NCBI GenBank assembly: GCA_965153285.1
Contig: OZ229115.1
Direction: 5' to 3' (one strand)
Source: Podarcis tiliguerta
Lineage: Eukaryota
DNA: 64,000 nucleotides
This document shows positions 51,551 to 63,463 of this stretch, piece after piece; position 1 is the stretch's first letter, and each line of letters starts with the position of its first letter. A program made the translations under genes and the position numbers. The notes below the pieces were generated by a model. That model ran no database searches, was not told the origin of the DNA, and saw only the letters and a program-made list of their open reading frames with translations.

Positions 51551-52039
51551 GGATGAAGGTATATTACAATAGACAAACATATTACACATGCTATACAAAA
51601 TATACATTCTGATAAGTGAGAAAAATATAAATAGATACAAGGAAATGACAGCTGCAAGCAAGGAGGCATTGGTTTGTGCTGCCTTAGAAATGTCCAGCTA
51701 CAATTACTTTGGCATTGACAAAAATCGAAGTATTAGTCAGTGGAAAGAACTTTCCTCCCATCAATTTAAACACAGAGAAGAGATGGGTGAAGCATGTTTC
51801 AAAATTAAGTGCCCTTGCTTCAGTCCCAAACAGTATCCCTTACAGTGCCTCTTATTTTAGAACGAGAGAAAAAATTCACCCAAGGAGTCCCCCCGCCCCC
51901 CACAATTTATACCACACATAGAATGAGGCACTTCACAATTCTTAGATTCTTTCCTCTGCGTGCAGGAGTATTCTCAGCTCAGCTCAAAGATCCAGCTCTA
52001 CTGCTAAATCCCATCACTCCTCTAAACCTGCGTGAATTA

Positions 52040-52297
52040 CCATATTTTTTGCTCTATAAGACTCACTTTTTCCCTCCTAAAAAATAAGGGGAAATGTGTG
52101 TGCATCTTATGGAGTGGATGCAGGCTGCGCAGCTATCCCAGAAGCCAGAACAGCAAGAGGGATTGCTGCTTTCACTGTGCAGCGATCCCTCTTGATGTTC
52201 TGGCTTCTGAGATTCAGATTTTTTTTTTCTTGTTTTCCTCTTCCAAAAACTAGGTGCGTCTTGTGGTCTGGTGTGTCTTATAGAGCAAAAAATACGG
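52040..52297. mobile_element. Tc1/mariner-type MITE in the probable LRIG2 3' UTR
   Basis: TA|ccatattttttgctctataagac ... gtcttatagagcaaaaaatacgg|TA. Confidence 0.9.
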
Positions 52298-54461
52298 TAC
52301 TTTACACAACAATCTTGCCACGATGGTAAAGCACTGAAGTTGAGTGACGAAAAGGCTTGGGCTGGTAAATTTCTCTCTCTATTTATGCTTTTAAGTTTCT
52401 AGCGTGAACACTCAGCACCATTTATGCCATGGTTCATGTGAATCCTGGCATATCTCACTCCAGTAATGCATGTTGATACAGGATGAGACCTTGTCACTGT
52501 ACACTTTGCCAGCCTCTTTCCTAAAACCTGAATAAGGCATACCGGATTTTCTATGGGAAAGTCAAGCCACCCTAACTTTTTTGGGGTGGGTGGGAAGAGA
52601 GCTGCAAGTGCTCATTTACTGGAACAGCTTTACATCAGGCAGGAGAGGAATGCTTTAACTGGAGGCATGTGCTGCTGTACATGCAGAATCAGCAACATGA
52701 GATACCACTGCAGTACAGCCTTCCATTAATGAATGATTTTAACCACAGTGTGACATCATGACACACTTTTGACTTGGATTACAAAAGAGCAATTCATGCC
52801 AGTTGCCCTTTCTTCAAAAGATGTGAAGCAGACCAGATCAGCTTTAGCTACTGCATTACTCTTACCCTTAAAAGCACGTAGTACTTCACAAGGGGCTGTC
52901 TAAATGAAAGACACTTCTCTTGCACAACTCTTGGCCTAAGACCAAATCCCCTGACATCTGAGACTAAAGTGCCTTTGTTCTGTGAATGATGGAATGGCTC
53001 TCCTCCTCCCTCTCCCCACCCAAATATTGCATATCCAGTATTTTCACTTTTGCTGCTATAGATCAGATATGGGCTATCACAGACAATAAGGCATCAAGCA
53101 GTGAAGGAGGCGGCAGTTAGCAGTGATACTCTAATGCTGATCATATACATTCAGTACTGTGAAGCAAACACCTGGCAGAGACAAAGATAGATGGCTACAT
53201 CTCTCTGCTCCGAGAAAGAGCGAATTTAGGCTTCTCGTGGACCACAAGCTGACTTGGCTTTAGATGTTTAAGACACTTTTGAAGGCCCCTGCTTTAGAAC
53301 CCTGTAAGACTTTTGGGCGTAATATAAAGCAGGAATAAGCAGCATGAGAGTTGGCACTATCCACTACTGCCTATAAAATAAAGGCAAGGAACTGCCATGA
53401 AATGAGTTTGCACTTGTATAGCTTAGGTGCCTGGCTGGGCTCTTGCTGTAACTGGGACAAGCCCTCTGGGGATTCTTAAGTACAAAGGAAGAAGAAAGTA
53501 CAGTTGTTCTCAGCTAGAACTCCGGCTTCATGTAAGAGGATACACAGCCATAAGAGAATCCCAGAATTCTAACTACTAAAAGGAAGCCTGCAATCAACCT
53601 GGCCCAGTCTGATTCATAATGAGCTGTATGCAAATAAGTTAACTTAACTAGGATCTCGATTGTCCTGGCAGGACTTTCTTACCCACATCATCTTAATATA
53701 AAATGACACCCAAACAGTCCAGGTAACACCTTTTACTGGGCTGTATGGAAAGATTGCTGCACAGAACTTGAGTTGTGGCTAATCTGCACATATAGTTTTT
53801 ATGTGTTTTGTTCTGACTTAAGAAAATGCCAGGCCATAGATAATATAATTATCTCTAATTCCATGTTTACAGCTTGCAGGATGTCTTCAGGCTGCACTCT
53901 AGAACCCCAAAATGTCACAGCATGCTAAGATTAGTAAGAACTAATAGTGTGACCTTCTTTACCCTGAGTTAACATTTCTTTGCTTGCAATTTCTCCCCAA
54001 ATCCCCTGACTTTTGATCATGTGCTATAGGAGACAATTTGGGGTACAACAGCATGTTTGAAGGTTGAGAACTTCCTTTCCATTCCTGCTGTGACAGCTGG
54101 AATAACCAAGATTTCCTCTATGGCTAGCTACAGGTGTTCGCCTCATTAAATCTGAAGACACATGTATGTCCGACACTTGATTTCTCTCAGATCTCACTGG
54201 AAAGCATTATTTGAGATATAAAAGTTCTACCTAACCTTTGACGGCTCATCCACATATAGACATTATCACTTCCATCTTTCTAATCTCTGGGACACAGTGC
54301 TGCCATGGTGTTAATCTTTCACAGCAGTCGTGAATTTTAGAAAACGACCCAACTTGACAGCTCATTTACCTAAGACTTTCAACAGTAACTGACACAGGAA
54401 AACACTTGAGCTAAGTTTGGTGCCCAAATTACATATATCTCACCTTGTTTCTTCTCCTCTG

Positions 54462-54738
54462 CAAGGCCAGCCCTACCATTAGGTAGAATGAGATGGCTGC
54501 CTCAGGCAGCAGAAGCTGGGGAAAGAGTAGCAGCAGTGCAGTGTTGGAATACACACATTTGAGTGCCCCCATGGCTTATCCTGCACTTCTTAGCTAGTTT
54601 GTTGCCCTCATATGTGACAGGGATGCTGCACGCTACCAGTGTTCAACCATCAATCCATTTGGCTTCTGTACAGAAAAGGGGCAGGGGCACCATGTTTTCC
54701 TTCCACCTCAGGTAGCACAATGACTTGGGCTTGCCCTG
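54462..54738. mobile_element. Old hAT-like MITE within the probable LRIG2 3' UTR
   Basis: Ends caaggccagccc / gggcttgccctg; a related degraded copy lies at about 39840-40110. Confidence 0.55.
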
Positions 54739-55074
54739 GTATGGATCAGTTCACATGAAAGCCCCATGCAAGACAGCTACTACCCGCACCTAAGACAAAA
54801 AAATGTGTGAAGAGCCATCACATAAGTGAAAACTTCTACAAACAAAGTATCATATGGTAATTATAACCATCGTGTGCAAAACATGATTGTATAAACTGGC
54901 CCTCAAGCCTTCAATCCTAGGAAACAAGCCATTTATAGTATCTGGTCAGCAAATGTCCAAATGACAGGACAATATGTAGTTTTTGGCATAGTGTTTTTTA
55001 ACATTTCAGCCTGAATGTGTTTAGTAGTGTATACAAAATATTTATATTATGCAAATGTATTTACAACTGAAGTA

Positions 55075-55080
55075 TTTATT
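55075..55080 (-). promoter_or_regulatory. Candidate proximal polyadenylation signal AATAAA
   Basis: Plus-strand tttatt in an AU-rich block about 580 nt after the stop; further AATAAA hexamers at 55217-55222 and 55316-55321. Confidence 0.4.
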
Positions 55081-55656
55081 CACAGAAAGGGTAGAGTACG
55101 TTTGTGATTGGGCACAATGATATGAGTCCCTGCTAGTCATCAGGAGGAGAATATAAGTCAATCAAGTGCTTCATGCTTACGATTACTGAGGGATCTTGAA
55201 AATGGGCTCTTACAAGTTTATTTCTTCAGCAGGAAACAACATCTGTGAAGCTTTCAGGGGATTGCTCCCAGGCAAACAAAAACCTCTCATTTATCATGTC
55301 CATTGCTGTGTATCCTTTATTCTTTTCTGCCCACCATTCAGTTCATTAGACTGTTGAGCCTTGTGCACATCTTAGGCAGAACAGAAGGAAAGGACTCTGT
55401 CATTCCTTTCTCCCTCCTTACTTGTAGCTTGTAGTCACTGATTTAGTCCACTGATGCTGCAATGCTACACACATACACCTGGGAGTAGGACCCATTTAAC
55501 TTGAAAGAGACTTACTTCTGGGTAGAGATGCCTAAGATTGTTCTGTAAGCCTCTGTTGCAAGCATGGAACATCTTTGACCATGAGGCCAAACCTGAGGTA
55601 GTAAAGATACTGTTAACTCCAAGCCTGCTCCTAAGGCTTCTTACTTTTGATGCATT

Positions 55657-55886
55657 TTATGTAGCTTCATGATGTTCCTGTATGTTCCGAGTCCTGTTAA
55701 AGTCAAAGTTATGTTCATGTAACCTGTGGCAAGGTTTGGGGGAAATAGCTTGCTCACGTTCAGTCTCTGTGATGCATTCACTTTGCAGAACTCGAGGCAC
55801 CTCATGGGTCTTTGGTTGAGTTGAGAAGTGAGAGTGCAATGATCCCATATCTTTATTGATGCCCCATAAAGGCAGCTGAAAAGGAT
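55657..55886 (-). CDS. LRIG2: LRIG2 last exon, coding part to the TAA stop
   Basis: Polypyrimidine acceptor ttttccttccacag at 55887-55888. DPFQLPLWGINKDMG...PCHRLHEHNFDFNRTRNIQEHHEAT* resembles the recalled LRIG2 C-terminus (CHRLQDHAFDFSRTRNIQ). Phase 1 is consistent with the previous exon. Confidence 0.92.
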
Positions 55887-56363
55887 CTGTGGAAGGAAAA
55901 TGAAAAAAAGAAAGACTGAATTTATGAAGAAAGCTCCCAGCACAACGGTTCTCCATTGTCTTTGAAATTCTGGCAGCGAGAGGCACATTATTAAGTCAAA
56001 CTGGTTTTGCTCTTCCTAATACTGCAAAATTATTGCTACAACCAACAAACACAAGCCTAAGAAACAAGAGGCTCCCTAGAAAAACACAACCACAAGAATG
56101 GCTGACTGTTGAACCTGCAAAAACCAGAACAGATTTCTAAGTGATCTGAAGCAAGTGTTAAGAATATAGTCATTAAGGAATACTTGTATCATATCACATA
56201 CCATATCATATCATATTGAAAGCAGAATGTTTGATTTTATTTTGTAATGCAGCCACTTAGTACTTTAACTATCTGTTCTGTGACAGACTGCCTTGCTCTT
56301 ATTCAGCTGAAAATGGAATAATTTTAAAATCAAGATACAATAGCATCAAAATACACTACTTAC

Positions 56364-56648
56364 CACTGCTGCATGGTTGAGAGCATGGCTTCCTCTCATG
56401 TAGTCTGTCTTGATTGTTAAGGAAAACAGACATGTCTCTGTCACCTGAGAGACTATCCAGAGTGATGGCTTCATGCTGGGGGCAGACTGGATAGGGCTCT
56501 TTAGACATCTGCACCATTAGGCTGGAAAGCGTTTGATCAAGTGGGTCATCTTCGGTGATGTATGTGTAAGGGCAATATTCTCTGGTTCTGGAGTAGATGT
56601 TGGCATTGTCATAGCAATCTGAGCAGATTACCAATGGCCCTGTGCCAC
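56364..56648 (-). CDS. LRIG2: LRIG2 penultimate exon, cytoplasmic tail (285 bp)
   Basis: GGTGPLVICSDCYDNANIYSRTREYCPYTYITEDDPLDQTLSSLMVQM...; the ICSDCYDNANIYSRTREYCPY segment identifies LRIG2 rather than LRIG1/3 (from recall). Acceptor cttccactag, donor G|GTAAGT. Confidence 0.95.
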
Positions 56649-57421
56649 CTAGTGGAAGCAGAATAGTGGGTAGTTAGCAGAATATTCTGGCATGGGTCAT
56701 CACTATAGACCCTTACAAGGTGGCAGAAGCATAAAGCCTAGCTTGCAGAGATGGCAGTCCTTTGAGCCAACTGGCTGGAATTGGCATCTGTGCATATATT
56801 AAACTCTGTGCATATTAGGAAACAACTTTGAAAGCATAGAAGAGTCTTATCAGCAAGTGTCACAGACCCAAGAAGAAAGCTTCAAAATAAAATTCAAAGA
56901 GTGAGGCACTTCTACACATTTGCCGAAAGGGAAAGGACTCTTTCCCCCATCACAGTTAACATAGTAGCACTTAGGGTTTTTTTTTTAAAGAAGCACAGGA
57001 ACACAAAAAAACAGAGAGCGTGGGTGTGTGTTGATTCCAGTATTTGACAATTTGCCTACACAGGATAGAAGCTGTGAGCATGTATTTGGTACAAGTACCT
57101 TGTTATTTGAGAAGATATCTGCTCCCTTGAGGCTAACTGTGATAAGCCAACAGAAGGAGAAAGGAAGGCAGAGGGGACTTTCAGCGATGTAGCAAGTGAA
57201 GTCTCATGCTGGGATCACTTAACACATAAGTTATGCTTTGAGCATGCACTTTTGCTTAAGAATGCAAAAAGTGTTTTGCTCAATCACATCAAGCACCACA
57301 AAGTCCAGCATTCTTTGCAATAACTTCAGCAACTAGCAGGCACTTGGTGAGCCACTAGAAACTGGCCAGTGGACCATGATCTATTTTCTGTCCCCCTCTG
57401 ATCAAGAGAATCAGGGCTTAC

Positions 57422-57571
57422 CATCTGTGCCTTTGTGCACATATCCGTTGGAGGGAGGCATAAGTTGCTGGTTGCTTCCTGCTTCAGAATTACTATAGCC
57501 TTCCTGTGGCTCTGACAGAGTCCCTTGGGAGGATAAGTAACTGGGAATGTCAGTAGGTAAATTTACCTCCT
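57422..57571 (-). CDS. LRIG2: LRIG2 internal exon, cytoplasmic tail (150 bp)
   Basis: EEVNLPTDIPSYLSSQGTLSEPQEGYSNSEAGSNQQLMPPSNGYVHKGTD. Acceptor ttttctctttcag, donor G|GTAAGC. Confidence 0.96.
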
Positions 57572-58235
57572 CTGAAAGAGAAAAAAACAACAGCAATATG
57601 ATACTGCATTTTTGCTATGGCAACAAAATCATCCAGCAGATGTCTGTAAAAATGATGGTGCTCACATAGACCTCACAGTATACAAGTAAATAAAGATCAC
57701 CTTGTGGGGATAGAATGCAGTTCCTAGGAATATTTTCCTTTTATTCCTTTCTAATGCTGATTTATGGCAATCTTTCACAACTGTAAAAATGAAATTTCCC
57801 TACTGCGATACAACACCCCTTTGTCAAAGCATAATGAACCAATATTCTGAACATTTGCCATTTATAATGGCAATTTCTCTCTCAAATTCTGTGGCTTTGT
57901 TGAAAAGCTACAAGATCATCACAAGCAGCCAGACTAAATCCTGTCTATGCTCATTTACTGGTTTGAAATACTCTCCTATCCAACCCCTACTTCGTCCCTT
58001 TGCTCATTTGACTGTTACATGGTATCAGAGACTGTCCATACCTATGTGCATATAATATCCATTATATACCCTCTCCATCAGATGTCAGGCTGTTTTCCAA
58101 ATGAAGAACCACCCTGGCAAAGGGACCACATACCAAAACTCCTAACCGTAACACAGGATTTTCTTCTGGTCACGCTGAGCTGAATGACTCCAATCCCTTA
58201 TCAAAGCACACATACTTATGCCGAGTGCTCCTCAC

Positions 58236-58688
58236 CTGTGCTAGTGATGCTGTAGTCTTCACTCTTCCTTCTCATATGGTAGATAACAATAACCCATATC
58301 AAGGAGGTGCCCACAACGCAGCAGACTACAACAATTATCACAATGCCAACTGTCGTCCAACCATCTTCTTCCATGCCACTTTGGGAAGTTTGGGAAGAGT
58401 CGCAGTTTGGTGAGGATATGACATTCAGGTAAATATGGCCACGCACTGTGCCAAGTGTATTGGACATTATGCAAGTGTATTTTCCAGCATCCTCTAATCC
58501 AGCATCTACAATGATGAGGAGTTGATTGGCGGCAGCAAAAAAATGTCTTTCTGTTACTGTGAGAGGCCCATCATCTTTGGTCCAGTTAAGGCGAGGGGCA
58601 GGACTGCCACTAGCAATGCACTGCAACACTGCTGTTTCACCTTGGGCCACAGTCCTGTCTTCCAGGGGCCTGACAAATGAAGGTGTTT
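58236..58688 (-). CDS. LRIG2: LRIG2 internal exon, Ig-like domain 3 plus transmembrane helix (453 bp, phase 1-1)
   Basis: ETPSFVRPLEDRTVAQGETAVLQCIASGSPAPRLNWTKDDGPL...GWTTVGIVIIVVVCCVVGTSLIWVIVIYHMRRKSEDYSITST. Acceptor ttttgtgttcag, donor G|GTGAG. Confidence 0.97.
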
Positions 58689-59586
58689 CTGAACACAAAA
58701 AAAGGACCAGATTAGATTTAATGCTACAGAATTACAATGACAACTGCATGAAACCAAAGATACACTGCTACATATATGCAGATTGTGATTTTGAAGACTG
58801 ATCTGACAGCAATGTAGCTCATGGACAAAACAAAAGGGGAATGTGTGTGTTTTAGGCTATACTCTCTCTGACAGAGAAAGAAGCCTGGTGTGGCTAACCT
58901 GTGGCCTTCAAATTGTTGTGGAATTACAACTCCAGCCAGCCACTGGTTAACTACCTCTGCTGAAAGTGTTTAGGGGTGTTCTGCTTAATTACAGACTTTG
59001 TCCAGTTCATGAGCCAAAGCTCATGGGAGTATGAGAACAGCCACCTTTAAAAGAGTTCTTGGTTTTCTAAAGACGAAGTAGTTTTAGGGGGACATATCAT
59101 TTGTTTAATTAAATTCTTACTGCACATGCATGCCCTATACAGAGTCTGTCTCTAAAAACTTAGCACAGGAGAGCACAGCAGTGACAGCATATTAAACCAG
59201 ATCTCTTTCAAATTATCCAAAATTAAGTGGGTCAGCAGCAGGCAACCATACTAAAAACAGATGCTCTTGAATTATTTGTGTCAGGAAATTTTTTTAATGG
59301 GAAATACCAGACCAGCTTCTTCCCAGATTGTAAATCAAACAAAAAAGGAAGGAGAAAATTGTGGTGTCCCTTTTCAATGCTGCAATTGCATCCACTGGAA
59401 TGAGCTCAAAACTACTTTTGAAAAGTACCACATAACTTTAGCAAATCCAAACCAGTAGGCGAAGCTGATTCAATTAACTTATCTCCCAAGTTTGTTCCTA
59501 CCCCCCAAATAAGGTGAGACTTAGAGCAGTTCTCAGACTTGTAGGCTTCCTCCTCCTCCTTGTATGCTTCCTTCATTTGCCTGTGG

Positions 59587-59950
59587 GGTAGCTCAGTCGG
59601 TAGAGCATGAGACTCTTAATCTCAGGGTTTGAGTCTTATATTGGGCAAAAAGATACAGTGGTACCTTGGGTTAAATACTTAATTCGTTCTGGAGGTCCGT
59701 TCTTAACCTGAAACTGTTCTTAACCTGAGGTACCACTTTAGCTAATGGGGCCTCCCATTGCCGTGGCGCTGCTGCCATGCGATTTCTGTTCTCATCCTAA
59801 AGCAAAGTTCTTAACCCAAGGTACTATTTCTGGGTTAGCGGAGTCTGTAACCTGAAGAATATGCAACTCGAGGTACCACTGTATCTGCATTGCAAGGGGT
59901 TGGACTAGATAACCCTCACGGTCCCTTCCAGCTCTACAATTCTACGATTC
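59587..59950 (+). mobile_element. tRNA-Lys(CTT)-derived SINE with CR1-type tail, in an LRIG2 intron, interrupted by a MITE
   Basis: ggtagctcagtcggtagagcatgagactcttaatctcaggg is the tRNA-Lys-CTT 5' part with a damaged T-arm; tail ggttggactagat...ggtcccttccagctctacaattctacgattc. Confidence 0.82.
59656..59881 (+). mobile_element. Tc1/mariner (Tigger-like) MITE nested in the tRNA-Lys SINE
   Basis: TA|cagtggtacct...gaggtaccactg|TA. Confidence 0.92.
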
Positions 59951-60278
59951 AATTATCTTTTCATCAGAAAAGGAAAAATCTAAACTATGAGATCCTGTAC
60001 TTATCTGAACATCTGGCCTACTATAATCCCAAATATTGAAACTATCCTTTAGTAATTTGAGTACCTTGGTTACTAAAGTAATGCCATGTTCAGATAAGAA
60101 TGGGCTTTCAAGATTGGGTGTCACCTTCTCCACATGGTGAACGGAGATGAGGATGAAGTGCGTGAACTTTACTCCTCCTGCAGCCAGAGCATTCAGGCAG
60201 CCCACAAATACCACCAAATACAAGCATGAAAATATACAGTAATCAAATAACCCATGCAGGCTTCAATAATTTGCTTAC

Positions 60279-60560
60279 CTAACACTGTCAATGTGGCATT
60301 TGCCGACAGACTCCCGGCCACATTTTGTGCCATGCAGCTGTAGATGCCCATATCTTCTATTTTCACATTTGCGATGAAAAAGACATCGTCTTCTGGCATC
60401 ACATGCATGCGCCTTTCACGAGCTGCAGGGAAGTCTGTGCCTCCATCTTTCTGCCAGGAAATCTGAGGTGGTGGATGGCCTTCTGCAGCACATTCCAATT
60501 TAGCTACAGCTCTAGTCCGGATTGTTAGATCCATTGGCGTTTTCACAAAAGAAGGCAGTT
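60279..60560 (-). CDS. LRIG2: LRIG2 internal exon, Ig-like domain 2 (282 bp, phase 1-1)
   Basis: [80 protein letters not shown]...LTVL; [13 protein letters not shown] is an LRIG-family hallmark. Acceptor cttcattcag, donor G|GTAAGC; frame continuous with neighbouring exons. Confidence 0.97.
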
Positions 60561-61406
60561 CTGAATGAAGATACACATTAAAATAACTAAGTAAGGTACC
60601 TAATACTAGTCACAGCATCCCTAACTTTCACTTTGTTAAGAATGGCATAACCCTTGTTAAGTTTTTCAAGCTCTTTAATTTAGATCTGTAAGAATTCTAG
60701 CATACTGCTCTTAAAAACCACCCTAAACAGCAATTCAGATCTCACGAGAAAGGAGGATGTTACACCTAGCCTTTCTTTAAAAGAAATAAATAAACTGGCA
60801 CACAGCAAGCTTGTAAGCAAGCAAGTATTAGGAAAGCTCATCATGTTTGAGCTTTTTTCTTGAATGAGGTTGCTTGCAGAAGTTTTAACACTTTTTCACA
60901 GGAGAGACAAATGATTTTTTGCCTTTTTCGAATATGCCACCCCTCGAGAGCTCTCTTTCTGTCCCTCTTACACCCATTAATACTGATTACAGCGGATGTG
61001 AGTTATTTTAATTCAGCCAAAGGTAAGTAAAAACCTGCCCTGGCAAAGACAACCCCATTAGGCTGCTTTCATTTAGTAAAGGGTAATACACAAGGGAATA
61101 ATTTGAAACTGGCTGCACCTTTAGCAAGGCAAGAGAGAATCTTTATTTGCCTCGCATAATAAGCAGCTGAAGCTGCTTCTTAGACATGAACTAGTTCTAA
61201 AGAGGCAGTCTTGGATTGATGAATCTGTGCACAAAGAGATTACAGCTGGTACAAACACTGCTCATTTCCGAACTAGAAAATGCTCGGGGAAAATGCTGCT
61301 GTTTGGGCAGCTCTCTCTGTCTGGTTAGGAGGACTCTCTGGGGACTTGTGCAATCCAAGCTTTTTTTACATCCAAAACTATTCCAATGTCTTCAGCTTCC
61401 CTAGTG

Positions 61407-61730
61407 CATGGGTAGGCAAACTAAGGCCTGGGGGCTGGATCAGGCCCAATCGCCTTCTAAATCCGGCCCACGGACAGTCTGGGAATCAGCAAGTTTTTAC
61501 ATGAGTAGAATGTGTCCTTTTGTTTACAATGCATCTCTGGGTTATTTGTGGGGCCTGCCTGGTGTATTTACATGAGTAGAACATGTGCTTTTATTTATAA
61601 TGCATCTCTGGGTTATTTGTGGGGCATAGGAATTCGTTCATTATTATTTTTTTCAAAATATAGTCTGTCCCCCCACAAGGTCTGAGGGACGGTGGACTGG
61701 CCCCCTGCTGAAAAAGTTTGCTGACCCCTG
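61407..61730. mobile_element. hAT (Charlie-like) MITE in an LRIG2 intron
   Basis: TIR catgggtaggcaaact / agtttgctgacccctg; TSD ccctagtg / ctctagtg; internal repeat at about 61496-61553 and 61567-61624. Confidence 0.88.
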
Positions 61731-61869
61731 CTCTAGTGGATTAACAAAAGAGAAGACCTCTGGGGGTGCCTTTCCTTTAGGCCTCTGAGTGAACGATCCA
61801 AAGTTTCCAAACCATTTTAGTGATTTTTGTGTGTGTACGTAGAAAGGAAAAACAAAAACTACTGCATAC

Positions 61870-62190
61870 CATTGACAGTCAACTTGGCCTTGTTGGAATA
61901 ATTAGATCCAAAGTGATTGGAGATGATACACTGGTATTTTCCTTCGTCCGTGAAGTTCACATTGAAAAGGTGCAGGAGAGTAGTGTACTCCAGTACTTCG
62001 CCATCTTGCTGCTGGTACCTGACAAAATTCTCAATGTCTGCATCATACAGTATTTCACTGTCTTTTCTCCAGGTGGTGGACATAGGCGAATCACTGCTGC
62101 TCACCGCCTTGCAAGTCAGGGTGACGTTGGTGCCTCTTAGTGCAATGGCAGTCTCAGGATGCACTCTGATCTGTGGCTTGGGAAAGTTAT
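61870..62190 (-). CDS. LRIG2: LRIG2 internal exon, Ig-like domain 1 (321 bp, phase 1-1)
   Basis: Translates [50 protein letters not shown]...[26 protein letters not shown], matching vertebrate LRIG2 as recalled. Acceptor tgtttcacag at 62191-62192; donor G|GTATGC at 61869-61868. Confidence 0.96.
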
Positions 62191-62953
62191 CTGTGAAACA
62201 CAGATCACATTTCTTCAGCATGTAACTAAGCTAACAAATACTGGTGCAGACTGTAACAATTGAGATTGTGCTGGAGGTGACACTTGCCCTTAATTCCTCA
62301 AACTAAGAGATTTCTATTATCTATGTGATCACACTAGAACTGGCTATGTGGGAATGAAGCAGGTTGTCAGTGTTACGAGTATAAGCAAGAGGTACACTGC
62401 AAGATGAAGGGATTTTGTCATGAGTCCTTAGAACTCACCGTTAAGGAATATGAACATGAATAAATCTCCAGAAGGACAGTTGCAAGGTCTCTTAAAACCC
62501 AGTTGTGGATCTCAATTGGAGGGGGAAAGAACCACTTTATGCATTCAGCACAAGTGTTATTACCACTTCCTTGTCACAATGTTTGCTAACTAACAATCTG
62601 AATGCTACCTACTTTCAGGAATTAAGCCATACTTCACTGGGCAATATTAATTTCCTTCCCTAATTACAATTTAGTTGTTAACACACACTCATCATTTTCC
62701 TGAGTATTTTGGCAATGCATACATATTGTGTGCAGCCAATTGTTGCTCGTAGGAAGAGAGATAAAGCTCCTGATACTCAAGCTCTCAGATTCTGCCTGCC
62801 TAAAGGACTTCAAGAAGATCCAGACTACAATGTTAATATCTACAATTGCTTTTTTTAAAAACCCAGTTAAAAGTCTTTGCAGTTAGTAGCAAAAATTCAA
62901 CAGTAGTACTAAACAAAAATACTGCAGCCTCTTCTTAATAGATTTTTGGATTA

Positions 62954-63463
62954 AGGGGTAGTCAACATGCATATGTCAAGGTCTTTTCTGGTAGCCCTGA
63001 GGGGACCCTCCTCTCTCTGCTGCAATTAGGCTTGAAAAAAATGTCATTTATTGTGGCAAATAGAAGGCTCTTTCTGAAGGCTAATTACAGCTTGGGCTGA
63101 ATTTGGGTGTGGACACCACTGTGACATCCGCCCACCCCCACCTGTCAATTAGCCTTGAAATTTTTTTTCTATTGGCTACAGTCTCTGCAACAGAGGACGG
63201 AAAATTTCAGGACTGCCACAGCTGGGGAAAGGAAGAGTTAACCCCAGAAAATGTAGCCCACCCGCAATTAGATTTGAAAATTAGATTCTTGCAAGCCTAA
63301 TTGTAGCAATGTCTTTAGGCTTGAAACAAAACAAACAAACAAACAAACAAATTTTTTTTGCAAGTCTAATTGCTGGGGCTGTAGTGTGGGGTGGGTTGTC
63401 CCCTCAATAGTTTCTTATGTTCTGAGATGTGCCCATGGGCCAAATGAAGGTTGGCACCCCCTG
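62954..63463. mobile_element. Degenerate hAT-type element with internal CAATTAGGCTTG direct and inverted repeats
   Basis: Ends aggggtagtcaac / gttggcaccccctg; several copies of caattagg/ccttgaa and its reverse complement. Confidence 0.55.

Larger units (their letters stand above)
51525..55656 (-). other. LRIG2: Probable long LRIG2 3' UTR (about 4.1 kb)
   Basis: Follows the stop codon. Ends in a U/UGUA-rich block followed by AATAAA (plus-strand tttatt 51545-51550) and a downstream TTGGTTTTT GU-rich element. The extent is inferred, not observed. Confidence 0.6.

Noticed and set aside
55887-55986. N-terminal part of ORF 55657..55986 as coding sequence
   Set aside because: It lies upstream of a strong polypyrimidine/CAG acceptor, so it is intronic read-through.
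59587-59650. tRNA-Lys(CTT) gene
   Set aside because: The T-arm/B-box is damaged, the acceptor stem is absent, and it continues into a CR1-type tail with a second copy at 26572-26695, so it is a SINE head.
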